Of a stretch of DNA of 48,028 nucleotides, positions 21,941 through 33,764 are shown one piece after another. The stretch is from Octopus bimaculoides. Its lineage: Eukaryota. Below the pieces are notes generated by a model. The model saw nothing but the letters and a program-made list of their open reading frames with translations, was not told where the DNA came from and ran no database searches. The stretch spans positions 2,842,289 to 2,890,316 of the forward strand of contig NC_069003.1 in the NCBI RefSeq assembly GCF_001194135.2, in the 5' to 3' direction. Made by a program: the position numbers and the translations under genes. Numbering within the stretch: position 1 is the first letter of the stretch; the number at the start of each line of letters is the position of its first letter.

Positions 21941-24092
21941 GTAAGTCCTCCTACAGCGGAATCAGAAAATGCTTTTATCATAAAATGGCAAAACGAAGTT
22001 TCCGATAAGAAAAAAAAAAAAAGGAGAGAAAGGAATCATGAATTTGAAGTATCGGTGCGGTTGCAAAGTCTTTTAGGGCAACAAAAATATGTATTACTTT
22101 TAATTTTCAACATTTATTTTACATTTACCATTTGAATTCAAATCTGTGACAACGCATAACTAAAACGGAAAATTGAATTTTGAATTTGACACTCTTCATG
22201 CAAATGTATATCGTCTTTCTTAATATAATTCCCAGTATTGTTTTGATGCAAACTAGAGAATTGTTAAAATCGAAACACATTCACAGATAATAGCAGAAAA
22301 ACTCTTTTAAATAGAAAAAGGGCATCAATTTTGACTTTATTTTGTCAATTTGAACAATAAAATGAGGATATCAGATAAATCTTATACACATTTAACACGA
22401 AGTTCTCGAAGAGGTGGAAATAAGCCGAGACAACTGTTGCGAATTTTATTCAACGATCTAGAAATAGCAAGCAACTGTTCTTCCTCATACACTACTCACC
22501 ATAACGTTTGATAGAACGTCTATAACTGCAAGTTTTAAATAATCCTTACGTGGATAATAGAAAGAAAGGTAAATTTTGACATGTCTGAGATACAATTCTT
22601 CGCTTGAGCTCATCTTGTTATAAACTGAACTAACAACATGCGTACAAACATACAGACGTATATATGTATACCTTCACACATGTAAAGTTCATGTATATAT
22701 CAATCGAACTACATTTGTCTATATCAAATTCTCTTCCCAAGTCTCTTTCACAATCTATCTATCTATTTATTTATCTATCTATCTATCTGTCTGTTTGTCT
22801 GTCTGTCTGTCTATAATTTATATATATATATATATATAGTCAAAATAAGCAACAAGGATATCCAGAGGTAATGCAGTACGATCGTTTCATGCCATTCCAT
22901 TTAATTGAACAATGGAATCATTACAACAATTTAAAATGCAGAGCAATCCTCAGCTCTACAAAGACATAGAATTTAATTAAATTAGAACAGATCGACACAT
23001 TAGTATAATTATACCTAAAATCTCCAAGAAATTAAGGCGGTAGACAACATGTTCTTTGCCTCTCTACTATATATATTACGGATATAATATATGTATGTAT
23101 ATATATATATATATATNNNNNNNNNNNNNNNNNNNNNNNNNNNNNNNNNNNNNNNNNNNNNNNNNNNNNNNNNNNNNNNNNNNNNNNNNNNNNNNNNNNN
23201 NNNNNNNNNNNNNNNNNNNNNNNNNNNNNNNNNNNNNNNNNNNNNNNNNNNNNNNNNNNNNNNNNNNNNNNNNNNNNNNNNNNNNNNNNNNNNNNNNNNN
23301 NNNNNNNNNNNNNNNNNNNNNNNNNNNNNNNNNNNNNNNNNNNNNNNNNNNNNNNNNNNNNNNNNNNNNNNNNNNNNNNNNNNNNNNNNNNNNNNNNNNN
23401 NNNNNNNNNNNNNNNNNNNNNNNNNNNNNNNNNNNNNNNNNNNNNNNNNNNNNNNNNNNNNNNNNNNNNNNNNNNNNNNNNNNNNNNNNNNNNNNNNNNN
23501 NNNNNNNNNNNNNNNNNNNNNNNNNNNNNNNNNNNNNNNNNNNNNNNNNNNNNNNNNNNNNNNNNNNNNNNNNNNNNNNNNNNNNNNNNNNNNNNNNNNN
23601 NNNNNNNNNNNNNNNNNNNNNNNNNNNNNNNNNNNNNNNNNNNNNNNNNNNNNNNNNNNNNNNNNNNNNNNNNNNNNNNNNNNNNNNNNNNNNNNNNNNN
23701 NNNNNNNNNNNNNNNNNNNNNNNNNNNNNNNNNNNNNNNNNNNNNNNNNNNNNNNNNNNNNNNNNNNNNNNNNNNNNNNNNNNNNNNNNNNNNNNNNNNN
23801 NNNNNNNNNNNNNNNNNNNNNNNNNNNNNNNNNNNNNNNNNNNNNNNNNNNNNNNNNNNNNNNNNNNNNNNNNNNNNNNNNNNNNNNNNNNNNNNNNNNN
23901 NNNNNNNNNNNNNNNNNNNNNNNNNNNNNNNNNNNNNNNNNNNNNNNNNNNNNNNNNNNNNNNNNNNNNNNNNNNNNNNNNNNNNNNNNNNNNNNTGGGA
24001 GAGGGAGAAAGATATACATCCACAAATATAATTATACACACATGCATACATACATGTACACACATACATATTGCATACACACACACACACAC

Positions 24093-24140
<48 letters not shown>

Positions 24141-24519
24141 TTATATATATAATTTCGGTTGTATATAAACCCTGGAGATTACTCTCCAAGAGGAGGAAAG
24201 AGTCGTTCTTAGAAAATATGGTAAACTATAGTCTTATCAAGAATTGGTCTCTTAAATGTGCTTCATAGTCATTCTATTTGCTACCTTATAGCTTTTAGCA
24301 ACGCCAGAAGCGTTAGAACATATTTATCACAGAATACAGTGAACAGACAAACAGACACGCCTGCATTCTCAAACCCAGCCTAGGTAATATAATAATACTT
24401 AGTGAATATCCAACATATCAGAGAATAAAAAATTACGTGTATGTGTATGTATGCATGTGTTTGTATACGCACATACACATCTATCTCTCTATATATATGT
24501 ATTTATGTATGTATGTATG

Positions 24520-24560
<41 letters not shown>

Positions 24561-24562
<2 letters not shown>

Positions 24563-24772
24563 TTGTAGGTATGGCTCTGTGGTAAGAAGCTTGCTTTCCC
24601 GTTTCTTCGTGGCACCTTAGGCTAGTGACTTTTACTATAGCCCCGAGCCAACTAAAGTCTTGTGAGTGGATTTGGTAGATGGAAACTAACAAGAAGCCCT
24701 TCCTATGTATATATGTATACATTTACGTGTGTCTGTGTTTGTCCCCTCCACCATCGCTTGACAACCAATGGT
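24561..24772 (+). mobile_element. SINE family A, internally deleted head plus body
   Basis: TGGCTCTGTGGTAAGAAGCTTGC..GTGGCACCTTAGG..TTGTGAGTGGATTTGGTAGATGGAAAC..TTTGTCCCCTCCACCATCGCTTGACAACC. Confidence 0.9.
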
Positions 24773-24877
24773 GATGGACTGGCGCCCCGTCCAGCTGGGG
24801 AACACATACGCCATTGAAACCGGGAAACCGGGCCCATGAGCCTGGCTAGGCTTTAAAAGGGTGCATTTATTTATTTT
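24773..24877 (+). mobile_element. 3' fragment of a distinct SINE with a V-SINE-like motif, fused to the A copy
   Basis: GATGGACTGGCGCCCCGTCCAG resembles the V-SINE central domain as I recall it; ends in an (ATTT)n tail. Confidence 0.55.
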
Positions 24878-24891
24878 ATATATGAGCTCAC

Positions 24892-24942
24892 TGGGTCGTC
24901 TGCAAGTCTGGCGGTTACTTCCATCCGAAAGACGCTTAACCG
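24892..24942 (-). CDS. Candidate 51-nt symmetric exon (RLSVFRMEVTARLADDP or xVKRLSDGSNRQTCRRPx)
   Basis: About 45-nt pyrimidine tract ending TTCTTTGAAG|, donor CCA|GTGAGC. Two frames open. Confidence 0.3.
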
Positions 24943-25363
24943 CTTCAAAGAACACAAAGCCAGATATAAAAGAGAAAAGAACAAAAGAATTGGAAGCACT
25001 GAGGACTTTTCAAATTGTGTTAAAGCATAGAACGCAGTTCGAGGACCAAATCAGTTCTCCTCCTCCATAAAAGGAAAGAATCAATCAACAGCAAACGAGA
25101 TTTACCCCGGTTGCGTTCGTTATGGTACCAATACAATTCTGCGTTATATCATAACACTGCCATTCACACATATCTAAGAAATTGATGCCAGCTCGACATC
25201 ATCATCATCTTCCATTTACTCTCGGCGAAAACGCATTAGACTAAATATATAGAAATATAAAAGCAAAGTGCAAACTTTTGTTTCTACATCACTTTTGTTT
25301 CCAATCATTCATTTCAATTTGTATTAGATTGGCTTTTGACCAATGTCGATCTTATAGTCATAC

Positions 25364-25365
<2 letters not shown>

Positions 25366-25454
<89 letters not shown>
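25366..25454. repeat. (CA)n microsatellite
   Basis: Read directly. Confidence 0.97.
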
Positions 25455-25459
<5 letters not shown>

Positions 25460-26042
25460 AAACACACACACGCACGCACACACATACACATATCTAAAAT
25501 GTAATATAACTTATATACAGGAGCAGATTGGTAAATTCATAACCAAATTAATGGAAGTCCTTAGAACCACTGCGATGAATATATGAATTAGTTGACGACT
25601 TTCCAATATATATATATATATATCTGAATTCAATTTGCTGCTGTAATTTTACTGACGAAAGCACTGAATTATAACAAGTTCTTCAAATTCGTATATAAAG
25701 TTATTATTGAGTGAAAATTTCCCCATGTTAGGAATTCAGTACATTTCAGAGTAATCGCTTTCTTTTATTGGTTTCTGTATGATATTGAAAATATTCCATC
25801 AAATGTGAACAATTCCTATTTAGTAAGTACTCGCACCATAGATAAATATAGATTTCAGTGTTTTGAAGTTAATAAATGTTATAACATGTTTGTAACATGT
25901 TTGGAAGAGAGATAAATGTTTATAGCACATTACAGTGTTTGAAACACAAGGATATGTTACGAAGAAGACTAAATGATCAGAGCACAAAAGACATTTAAAA
26001 CTTTAAGCAGAAGTCGACACAAGAAACAAGTTTTTGCGATAC

Positions 26043-26099
26043 AAATATTTGCAGCAAAGAGAAATATTTACAACAAAAAGAAATGTTTGCAGCGAATAG
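26043..26099. repeat. Degenerate 19-bp tandem repeat x3
   Basis: AAATATTTGCAGCAAAGAG / AAATATTTACAACAAAAAG / AAATGTTTGCAGCGAATAG. Confidence 0.7.
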
Positions 26100-26159
26100 A
26101 CATTTATATAACACACAACAAGCAATTGTTTAAAATAGAAACGAACTTCTAGAACAGGT

Positions 26160-26273
26160 ATATTCTTTTATTCTTTTATTCTTTGACTTATTTCAGTTAT
26201 TTGAGAGCGGTGATGCAGAAGTACCGTCTTGGATGGTTTAAGTCGAACAAATCTATCCCAGGGCTTATTCATT
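26160..26273 (-). mobile_element. SINE family A 3' tail
   Basis: (ATTCTTTT)n GACTTATTTCAGTTATTTGAGAGCGG..AAGTCGAACAAATCTATCCCAGGGCTTATTC. Confidence 0.75.
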
Positions 26274-26587
26274 ATTCTTTTTACGTATACATACCGTGAT
26301 ATATGTGTGGAAGATAGTGGTGGGACTATCTATGTAGCTAATTCTGTGTGAATTACACTATTTCACACACACACACACATATACAATTCCTATAACACAC
26401 CATATACATATAATATTTGCATATTCGCAAAAACTTCACGCCAATAAGCTATCAGCAAAATATGAAGAATCTTTGTAAGAAATCGCATTTTGGAACCCTC
26501 CAAAGTAATAGATGGAATATAATTCAACCTTTTCATGCTTACACATAGACACACACACATCACACACACACTTACACACACACATAC

Positions 26588-26589
<2 letters not shown>

Positions 26590-26660
<71 letters not shown>
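26590..26660. repeat. (CA)n microsatellite
   Basis: Read directly. Confidence 0.97.
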
Positions 26661-26663
<3 letters not shown>

Positions 26664-27466
26664 CAAGAAGCCCTGATGAATCTCGCGACAAGGAAAGCAG
26701 ATGAGGGCAGCAATATCCATCTCCCTCAGACAGCAAATGCCACGTATTAGAAAGGGGTTTCGAAGATCTCAAGTAGTAAAAATGTAGCAAAGATTACGTC
26801 GGTGTCCCAGCATGGGCGCAACTCTCGAGCTGAAACCAGTAAAGAATAAACTTTATCAATATGCGTATAATATACATGGTTATGTATATTTTTGTAAGTA
26901 CAACGTAGACATATTTAGCAAAGATGAAAGAAGTGAGCAAAATGAATACAAAAAAGACATAAGGAGAATTAAATATTTTAAAATATAGCTTGCTCTTCTC
27001 ATAAGCTTCGTCTCTTGATTCTTTCAGTTGGCTCTTATCTCATTAATTACGATCCATCATGGATATAACACTCATATTTCTCCGCTTCATCCATTATGCT
27101 TTTTATAACTTCATTTTATAAATATTAGCTTTTTCTCATTTAAATCACATGAATGGATCGGTGATTAGCAATTTGTGTACAAACGTAGTTCACCATATTC
27201 TGAAATTGTGAAAACAACCATGTTTTCTTTTGTATTTCTGATTATATCATTCGTTTTATACTTTAAATCCTATCTTTCAAATCATGCTGTTTCATACATG
27301 TAGCATTAAACATTAATATCTCGAAACAATATTCTTTTTATATCTTTATTTCATAATAAATTTCCGATTTGTCAGTCATATTAATGAATGTTTAATTTCC
27401 GGTTCGTCCTAATGTTTATCGCTATTTTACACACGCACACCCACACCCAATCGTACACACACACAT

Positions 27467-27515
<49 letters not shown>

Positions 27516-27834
27516 ATGAATAACATCAGAATAAGTCAGAAATTAAATGAATTTAAGCACTACAAAGGTTCGCTGAAAGTTTACTCACATTCATATTGAA
27601 CTCAGTAACTAACGGGCAGTCACACATACCAGCACACGAACCGCACACGCACCGCACACGCACACGTATGTAGACGCACGTATATATATATATATGCTTG
27701 TGTGTGTATGTGTGTGTATAAATATCTATATATAAATATATGTATATATATATATATACATGCATTCACAAATATATATGTATGTATACATATATATATA
27801 TATATGTGTGTATGTATGTACACACACATATGTA

Positions 27835-27869
<35 letters not shown>

Positions 27870-28492
27870 NNNNNNNNNNNNNNNNNNNNNNNNNNNNNNN
27901 NNNNNNNNNNNNNNNNNNNNNNNNNNNNNNNNNNNNNNNNNNNNNNNNNNNNNNNNNNNNNNNNNNNNNNNNNNNNNNNNNNNNNNNNNNNNNNNNNNNN
28001 NNNNNNNNNNNNNNNNNNNNNNNNNNNNNNNNNNNNNNNNNNNNNNNNNNNNNNNNNNNNNNNNNNNNNNNNNNNNNNNNNNNNNNNNNNNNNNNNNNNN
28101 NNNNNNNNNNNNNNNNNNNNNNNNNNNNNNNNNNNNNNNNNNNNNNNNNNNNNNNNNNNNNNNNNNNNNNNNNNNNNNNNNNNNNNNNNNNNNNNNNNNN
28201 NNNNNNNNNNNNNNNNNNNNNNTATATATATATATACACACACACACATGTATGTATATGTTTGTGTATGCACATATAAAGTTATGTTAGAAGTAGAGAC
28301 ACCATTATTTCTGTAAGATTTATTTCTAGAAACTGAATAATGTTATTTCATGCATTTAAACACTTAATCTAATATTTAGTGGACATGTCTTGTGTAGTTA
28401 TTAATGATTCAACAACGACATAGTGAGGAATGTCTATTTCTCTGCTCAAATATCTGTATATGCATCTGTATACACATGCGTTTTCTTCAACC

Positions 28493-28680
28493 TTTTTCAG
28501 TCATTTGGAAGCGGCCATGCTGGAACACTGCCTTTTGTTGAACAAATCGATGCCAGGATTTATTATTTGTAATCCTAGTACTATCGTTCTCTTCTGCCAA
28601 ACCGCTGATTCACAGGAACATAAACACAACAGCATCGGTAGTCAAGGAATTGTGAGGGGGCAAACATAGACACACAGATA
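28493..28680 (-). mobile_element. SINE family A 3' half, followed by expanded (CCTA)n/(CATA)n
   Basis: TTTCAGTCATTTGGAAGCGGCCATGCTGGAACACTGCC..GGGGGCAAACATAGACACAC. Confidence 0.85.
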
Positions 28681-28730
28681 CCTACCTACCTACCTACCTA
28701 CCTACCTACCTACCTACATACATACATACA

Positions 28731-28764
<34 letters not shown>

Positions 28765-28796
28765 CATACATACATATATACATACATAAAAACATT

Positions 28797-29137
28797 CTGT
28801 CAAATATAAGCGTAACTGACAGGATACTGTCGTTTAGGACAGAGGGGCAAAGGTATGTACCATGTTAGAGGTCACCTACCCTGCAGATATAAATATCTCT
28901 TTGAAAATCAAAGAAATTAAGATATCTATGGAAACTGCATCAAAGCCTCCAGCTTCTATATCCAGACTATAAATTCATATTCATACCAATAGTAAATGGA
29001 GTACTTGGTTTTGTTAGTAAATGTTTAAAAGAGAATCTGGATGAACTGGGATTTTCAGAAAGGAAAATTGATCGACTGTGCAATAGCTGGGTGGAACAGT
29101 GAAAATATGCACGACGTTTCTCAGGTTCCAAACGTGA
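28797..29137 (+). mobile_element. Non-LTR retrotransposon 3' relic with a restriction-like endonuclease (RLE; R2-superclade type) C-terminus
   Basis: With frameshifts and stops: SVKYKRN*QDTVV*DRGAKVCTMLEVTYPADINISLKIKEIKDIYG..LQLLYPDYKFIFIPIVNGVLGFVSKCLKENLDELGFSERKIDRL..GGTVKICTTFLRFQT*. Degenerate PD..(D/E)V..P.D..K and PIVxGxLG motifs. Confidence 0.8.
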
Positions 29138-29931
29138 ATTTGTCTCTGTTAACTATAGAGATGGAACCTTGTATCTTTTCTGTATCTTATCTAATAGGAT
29201 TAAATACAACACACATGTGTGTATCTATATGAATACCCAAGCGCGCACTCACACAGAGTAACACGCACAAACACGGTAACATGCACAAACCCACACGCTC
29301 ACATATATGAATGTTTAAATAGCTTCAACGCGACCTTTATACGATGTTGTTTATCTTCATCCATTCTGCTCTTAAATAGTCTTCACAAATTTTCCTTTTA
29401 TATTATCCTGCTTTCAGTCTCATCCAGACCAATCGTTTTTAATTCCTCTACTCTTTGCTTCAGAATTAAACAATAAATTCACTTCCAAATGCAAAAACAG
29501 TCGCAGATGAAAGAAATACATTTCTTGTTATTTTACAAATATTTCAAAGTGTCATAAACAATTTGTGCGCTGTAAACATTCATCTCTCTGTTTTAGCACA
29601 AGATATTTTCACAAATTTTGCCTATCCAAAAATGCAAAACTCAGCTGCATAATTCTTGCTATCTCATTATCAGAGATCCTTTGATAATCATAGAAGATTT
29701 CCTTCAAGAGAAAAGTTTTACGTTGCTCGAAATATTTATATTCACATTCATGTCTTGTATATTCCTTTTTGAACATATTTATAGTAAAAGATTATATTTT
29801 GTGTGATTTTTAAACAATATAAGTACTGAAAATAACTGGGAGCGACTGTTCCGAGACGGAGAAAAAGATGCAGACGTCCAAAGGATTAGTATAAGGAGAT
29901 GCAAAGACAATTAAAGTGGATGCAAACATAC

Positions 29932-29996
<65 letters not shown>

Positions 29997-30025
29997 TGTA
30001 TGTATGTATATATATATACATACAT

Positions 30026-30056
<31 letters not shown>

Positions 30057-31259
30057 TATTTATATATATATATATATATACTTACATATATAAACACATA
30101 TATATATGCATATATATACATATATACATGTGTGTATGTATATATACATGTATATGTCCACATGTATGCGTACACATACACACATACACATAAGAAACAA
30201 GTCAGCTGAAAATTATGCGTAATGTTTTAAAATATTCATTCCTACATCTGTTTCAATATTTCTTATGCAACACACTAATTGCATAGTGCATAATAATAAC
30301 AAGATCAGGGAAGTTTTGAAATACAAATTAGAGAACTGTTTGCACATAAATGTAGCGATATATGTTCATACGGAAGTCCATAAATATGCATTTATATCAC
30401 AGTTCTTTGATGTTTCTGAATCTTTTCTCTAGTCCATTGGTTTACTGCCGTTGTAAAAGTAGTATTTATGAGTCGTGGTTAATTACCCACTGACATTGCT
30501 GTCGTCTGAATACTGCAGTGAGTTGTATTATTCACTTTTTTATAGTCTTTTTATAATCATGTCTATTTTTTATACTTCATTTCTTCGTTTCTTCTTCATT
30601 ATTTCCATACTCTTGTCTCGTATTGTTCTATTTCGTATATTACCCTCCTGAAATTTCAATCTATATAAGACGGAATTTCAATTTTGTAATTCGTTTTAAA
30701 ACATCTTCTAATGATGAAGTTGTGACGCGTTACATGATAATTATAAAGCTTCATAAAAATTACAAAAATATATGTAAAAATATATGTTGTAATATCATGC
30801 AAATTTTTTTTGCTTTGTTATTAATGCACCATATTTGCTCTGTTCATGCGTTAGATTCCGTTTCGCAGGACATGCAGCATTGCACATAAATATATATCAT
30901 ACAGGTGAACATTGAAAGTTAAAATCAATGGGCTGCTTTGACTGACAACTAATGAGTATTTGAGTGTTTCTGAATTTGTATCACTGAATACAAAGACATA
31001 TTATAACTAAACTTGCTAGAAATACCATTCAAATTACTGTCTCATATGTGAATATGTATGAGGTGCTTTGGTAGCCGTCAAGATAAAAGTTGTAAGCAAA
31101 CTTTTCGATTTATGCCTGTGTAAAAGCTGAATTCGATTTATATGGCTTCGGTGTAGTAGCTACACATGTGAGAAATAGGAGCTAATAATTCTCAAATCCT
31201 AGCTTCTGTCTTTGTTATCAAACAAAATAACGTCGCTTAAGAAGAATGGAAGAGCTTAC

Positions 31260-31265
31260 ATTCTT
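31260..31265 (-). CDS. Candidate 6-nt microexon (AAGAAT)
   Basis: CACTAAT branch-point-like, about 70-nt AG-free pyrimidine tract, TTGCTGCAG|AAGAAT|GTAAGC. Confidence 0.45.
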
Positions 31266-31910
31266 CTGCAGCAAGGAATGAAGTGAGAAAAGACATAGGA
31301 ACCAGAAAAATGAAACGGAGAGCAAAAAAAAAAAAACGTCTGCATTAGTGGTTCCACAAATTGAGTTGCTTATACATGTGTGTGTGTGTGTATGTATATA
31401 TATATATATATATNNNNNNNNNNNNNNNNNNNNNNNNNNNNNNNNNNNNNNNNNNNNNNNNNNNNNNNNNNNNNNNNNNNNNNNNNNNNNNNNNNNNNNN
31501 NNNNNNNNNNNNNNNNNNNNNNNNNNNNNNNNNNNNNNNNNNNNNNNNNNNNNNNNNNNNNNNNNNNNNNNNNNNNNNNNNNNNNNNNNNNNNNNNNNNN
31601 NNNNNNNNNNNNNNNNNNNNNNNNNNNNNNNNNNNNNNNNNNNNNNNNNNNNNNNNNNNNNNNNNNNNNNNNNNNNNNNNNNNNNNNNNNNNNNNNNNNN
31701 NNNNNNNNNNNNNNNNNNNNNNNNNNNNNNNNNNNNNNNNNNNNNNNNNNNNNNNNNNNNNNNNNNNNNNNNNNNNNNNNNNNNNNNNNNNNNNNNNNNN
31801 NNNNNNNNNNNNNNNNNNNNNNNNNNNNNNNNNNNNNNNNNNNNNNNNNNNNNNNNNNNNNNNNNNNNNNNNNNNNNNNNNNNNNNNNNNNNNNNNNNNN
31901 NNNNNNNNNN

Positions 31911-31949
<39 letters not shown>

Positions 31950-32384
31950 TATATATGTATGTTATATTACCAGTATATATAAATACTTGTTTTATATATA
32001 TATGTGTGTGTGTATCTATGTATCTATGGATATGTGTATAGTCAGGCGTATATATAGTCAAGCATATATACCAGCAGCACAATTGACTGGTAAAGTTATA
32101 AAGTTATAACTGAAGTAATTTAAGTAATTGGAAACAATTAGACAAATATAAGAATTAGTTGAATATTTTCCAAGAATTTGTTATAGAAATATCAGTCTAA
32201 ATTAGATTTGTTGCTGCAATATTAAATACGCCATATTGAAGCGTGACGAACTCTTCAATGTTATATCTAAATGAATTATTGGATCGTAATTACTCCAGCG
32301 CAATTTCAGGGTCTGTTGCTCGATATATGGCAGGACCTACGTAGGAGTGAATGAAATTGTTTGAGCGAAGAGGTAGTTTGAATA

Positions 32385-32605
32385 ACAATATCATGATGAT
32401 GATGAGGAGGATGGACAATGATGATGATGATGATGGACGATGATATGGACGATGAAGAAGATGACGATGATGTGGATGGTAGTGATGAGGAGGAGTAAGG
32501 GGAAGAGGCCAACAATTATGATGACAATATGATGACAGCGATGACGGCGACAACGATGATGATTACGATGACGGCGACAACGATGATGATTACGATGACG
32601 ACGAG
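32385..32605 (+). repeat. (GAT/GAC)n low-complexity tract containing an exact 27-bp duplication
   Basis: CGATGACGGCGACAACGATGATGATTA at 32539-32565 and 32566-32592. Confidence 0.9.
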
Positions 32606-33340
32606 GAGATATTGATAGATTTGCCTCTTGTGTATGTGTCTATGTAATTGAGGTAGATTTGATTGCGCGTGTGTGTATATATATACATACATACATATAT
32701 ATATATATATANNNNNNNNNNNNNNNNNNNNNNNNNNNNNNNNNNNNNNNNNNNNNNNNNNNNNNNNNNNNNNNNNNNNNNNNNNNNNNNNNNNNNNNNN
32801 NNNNNNNNNNNNNNNNNNNNNNNNNNNNNNNNNNNNNNNNNNNNNNNNNNNNNNNNNNNNNNNNNNNNNNNNNNNNNNNNNNNNNNNNNNNNNNNNNNNN
32901 NNNNNNNNNNNNNNNNNNNNNNNNNNNNNNNNNNNNNNNNNNNNNNNNNNNNNNNNNNNNNNNNNNNNNNNNNNNNNNNNNNNNNNNNNNNNNNNNNNNN
33001 NNNNNNNNNNNNNNNNNNNNNNNNNNNNNNNNNNNNNNNNNNNNNNNNNNNNNNNNNNNNNNNNNNNNNNNNNNNNNNNNNNNNNNNNNNNNNNNNNNNN
33101 NNNNNNNNNNNNNNNNNNNNNNNNNNNNNNNNNNNNNNNNNNNNNNNNNNNNNNNNNNNNNNNNNNNNNNNNNNNNNNNNNNNNNNNNNNNNNNNNNNNN
33201 NNNNNNNNNNNNNNNNNNNNNNNNNNNNNNNNNNNNNNNNNNNNNNNNNNNNNNNNNNNNNNNNNNNNNNNNNNNNNNNNNNNNNNNNNNNNNNNNNNNN
33301 NNNNNTATACATATATATACACACACAAATATATATATAC

Positions 33341-33764
33341 CATCTGTGATGCGCATGCCCATTCATCTCCTTACACGGCCTGAGACTCAACTCGGATGCC
33401 TACTAGAGGAGGTAGTACTTCTCTGGATCAAGAATGTGGCTACTAGAAGACCCTATGTCTGATAACAGGACCCTGCACCGTTCGCACAAGCAGGAGAACC
33501 CATTCATGGCTGTCAGACAATTTCTGCGACCAGATCACCCTTAATATTTCGCCAGTTAACTCACCAAAATGCAACCCTCTTGATTATTATTCGTGGGGTG
33601 CAATTGAACGAGAGACCAACAAAACTCCTACTAAAGATGAACTGAAGGCAAGAAATATGGCAGCATTCACAAACTTAAACAAGGAGACCGTCCAGAAGAG
33701 TTGCAGGAGATTCAGAAGACGTCTGGAGGCTGTGGTGGGGGCCAATGGCGACTTTATTGAATAA
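33341..33764 (+). mobile_element. Tc1/mariner DD37D (maT-type) transposase relic, C-terminal half
   Basis: HGLRLNSDAY..LEEVVLLWIKNVATRRPYV**QDPAP-(1-nt deletion)-TSRRTHSWLSDNFCDQITLNISPVNSPKCNPLDYYSWGAIERETNKTPTKDELKARNMAAFTNLNKETVQKSCRRFRRRLEAVVGANGDFIE*. There are 110 nt between the 2nd and 3rd catalytic D codons. Confidence 0.9.

Noticed and set aside
24900-25010. Plus frame SIRKTLNRFKEHK resembling a GIY-YIG motif
   Set aside because: The rest of the motif is absent; the purine-rich run is equally explained as the complement of a pyrimidine tract.
26672-26715. Hammerhead-like order GCC-CTGATGA..GAAA..GGC (also CTGATGA at about 4003 and reverse at about 14260)
   Set aside because: No proper stem II/III and no NUH cleavage triplet; the core is incomplete.
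28839-28852. Apparent 15-nt plus-strand microexon DRGAK with an AAG|GTATGT donor
   Set aside because: It lies inside the RLE-LINE relic and reads through as ..DRGAKVCTMLEV; the splice-like sites are coincidental. This is also a caution for the other exon candidates.
32520-32650. Asp-rich frame DDSDDGDNDDDYDDGDNDDDYDDDEE resembling biomineralisation proteins
   Set aside because: Explained by a GAT/GAC repeat with one 27-bp duplication; no start or convincing splice context.
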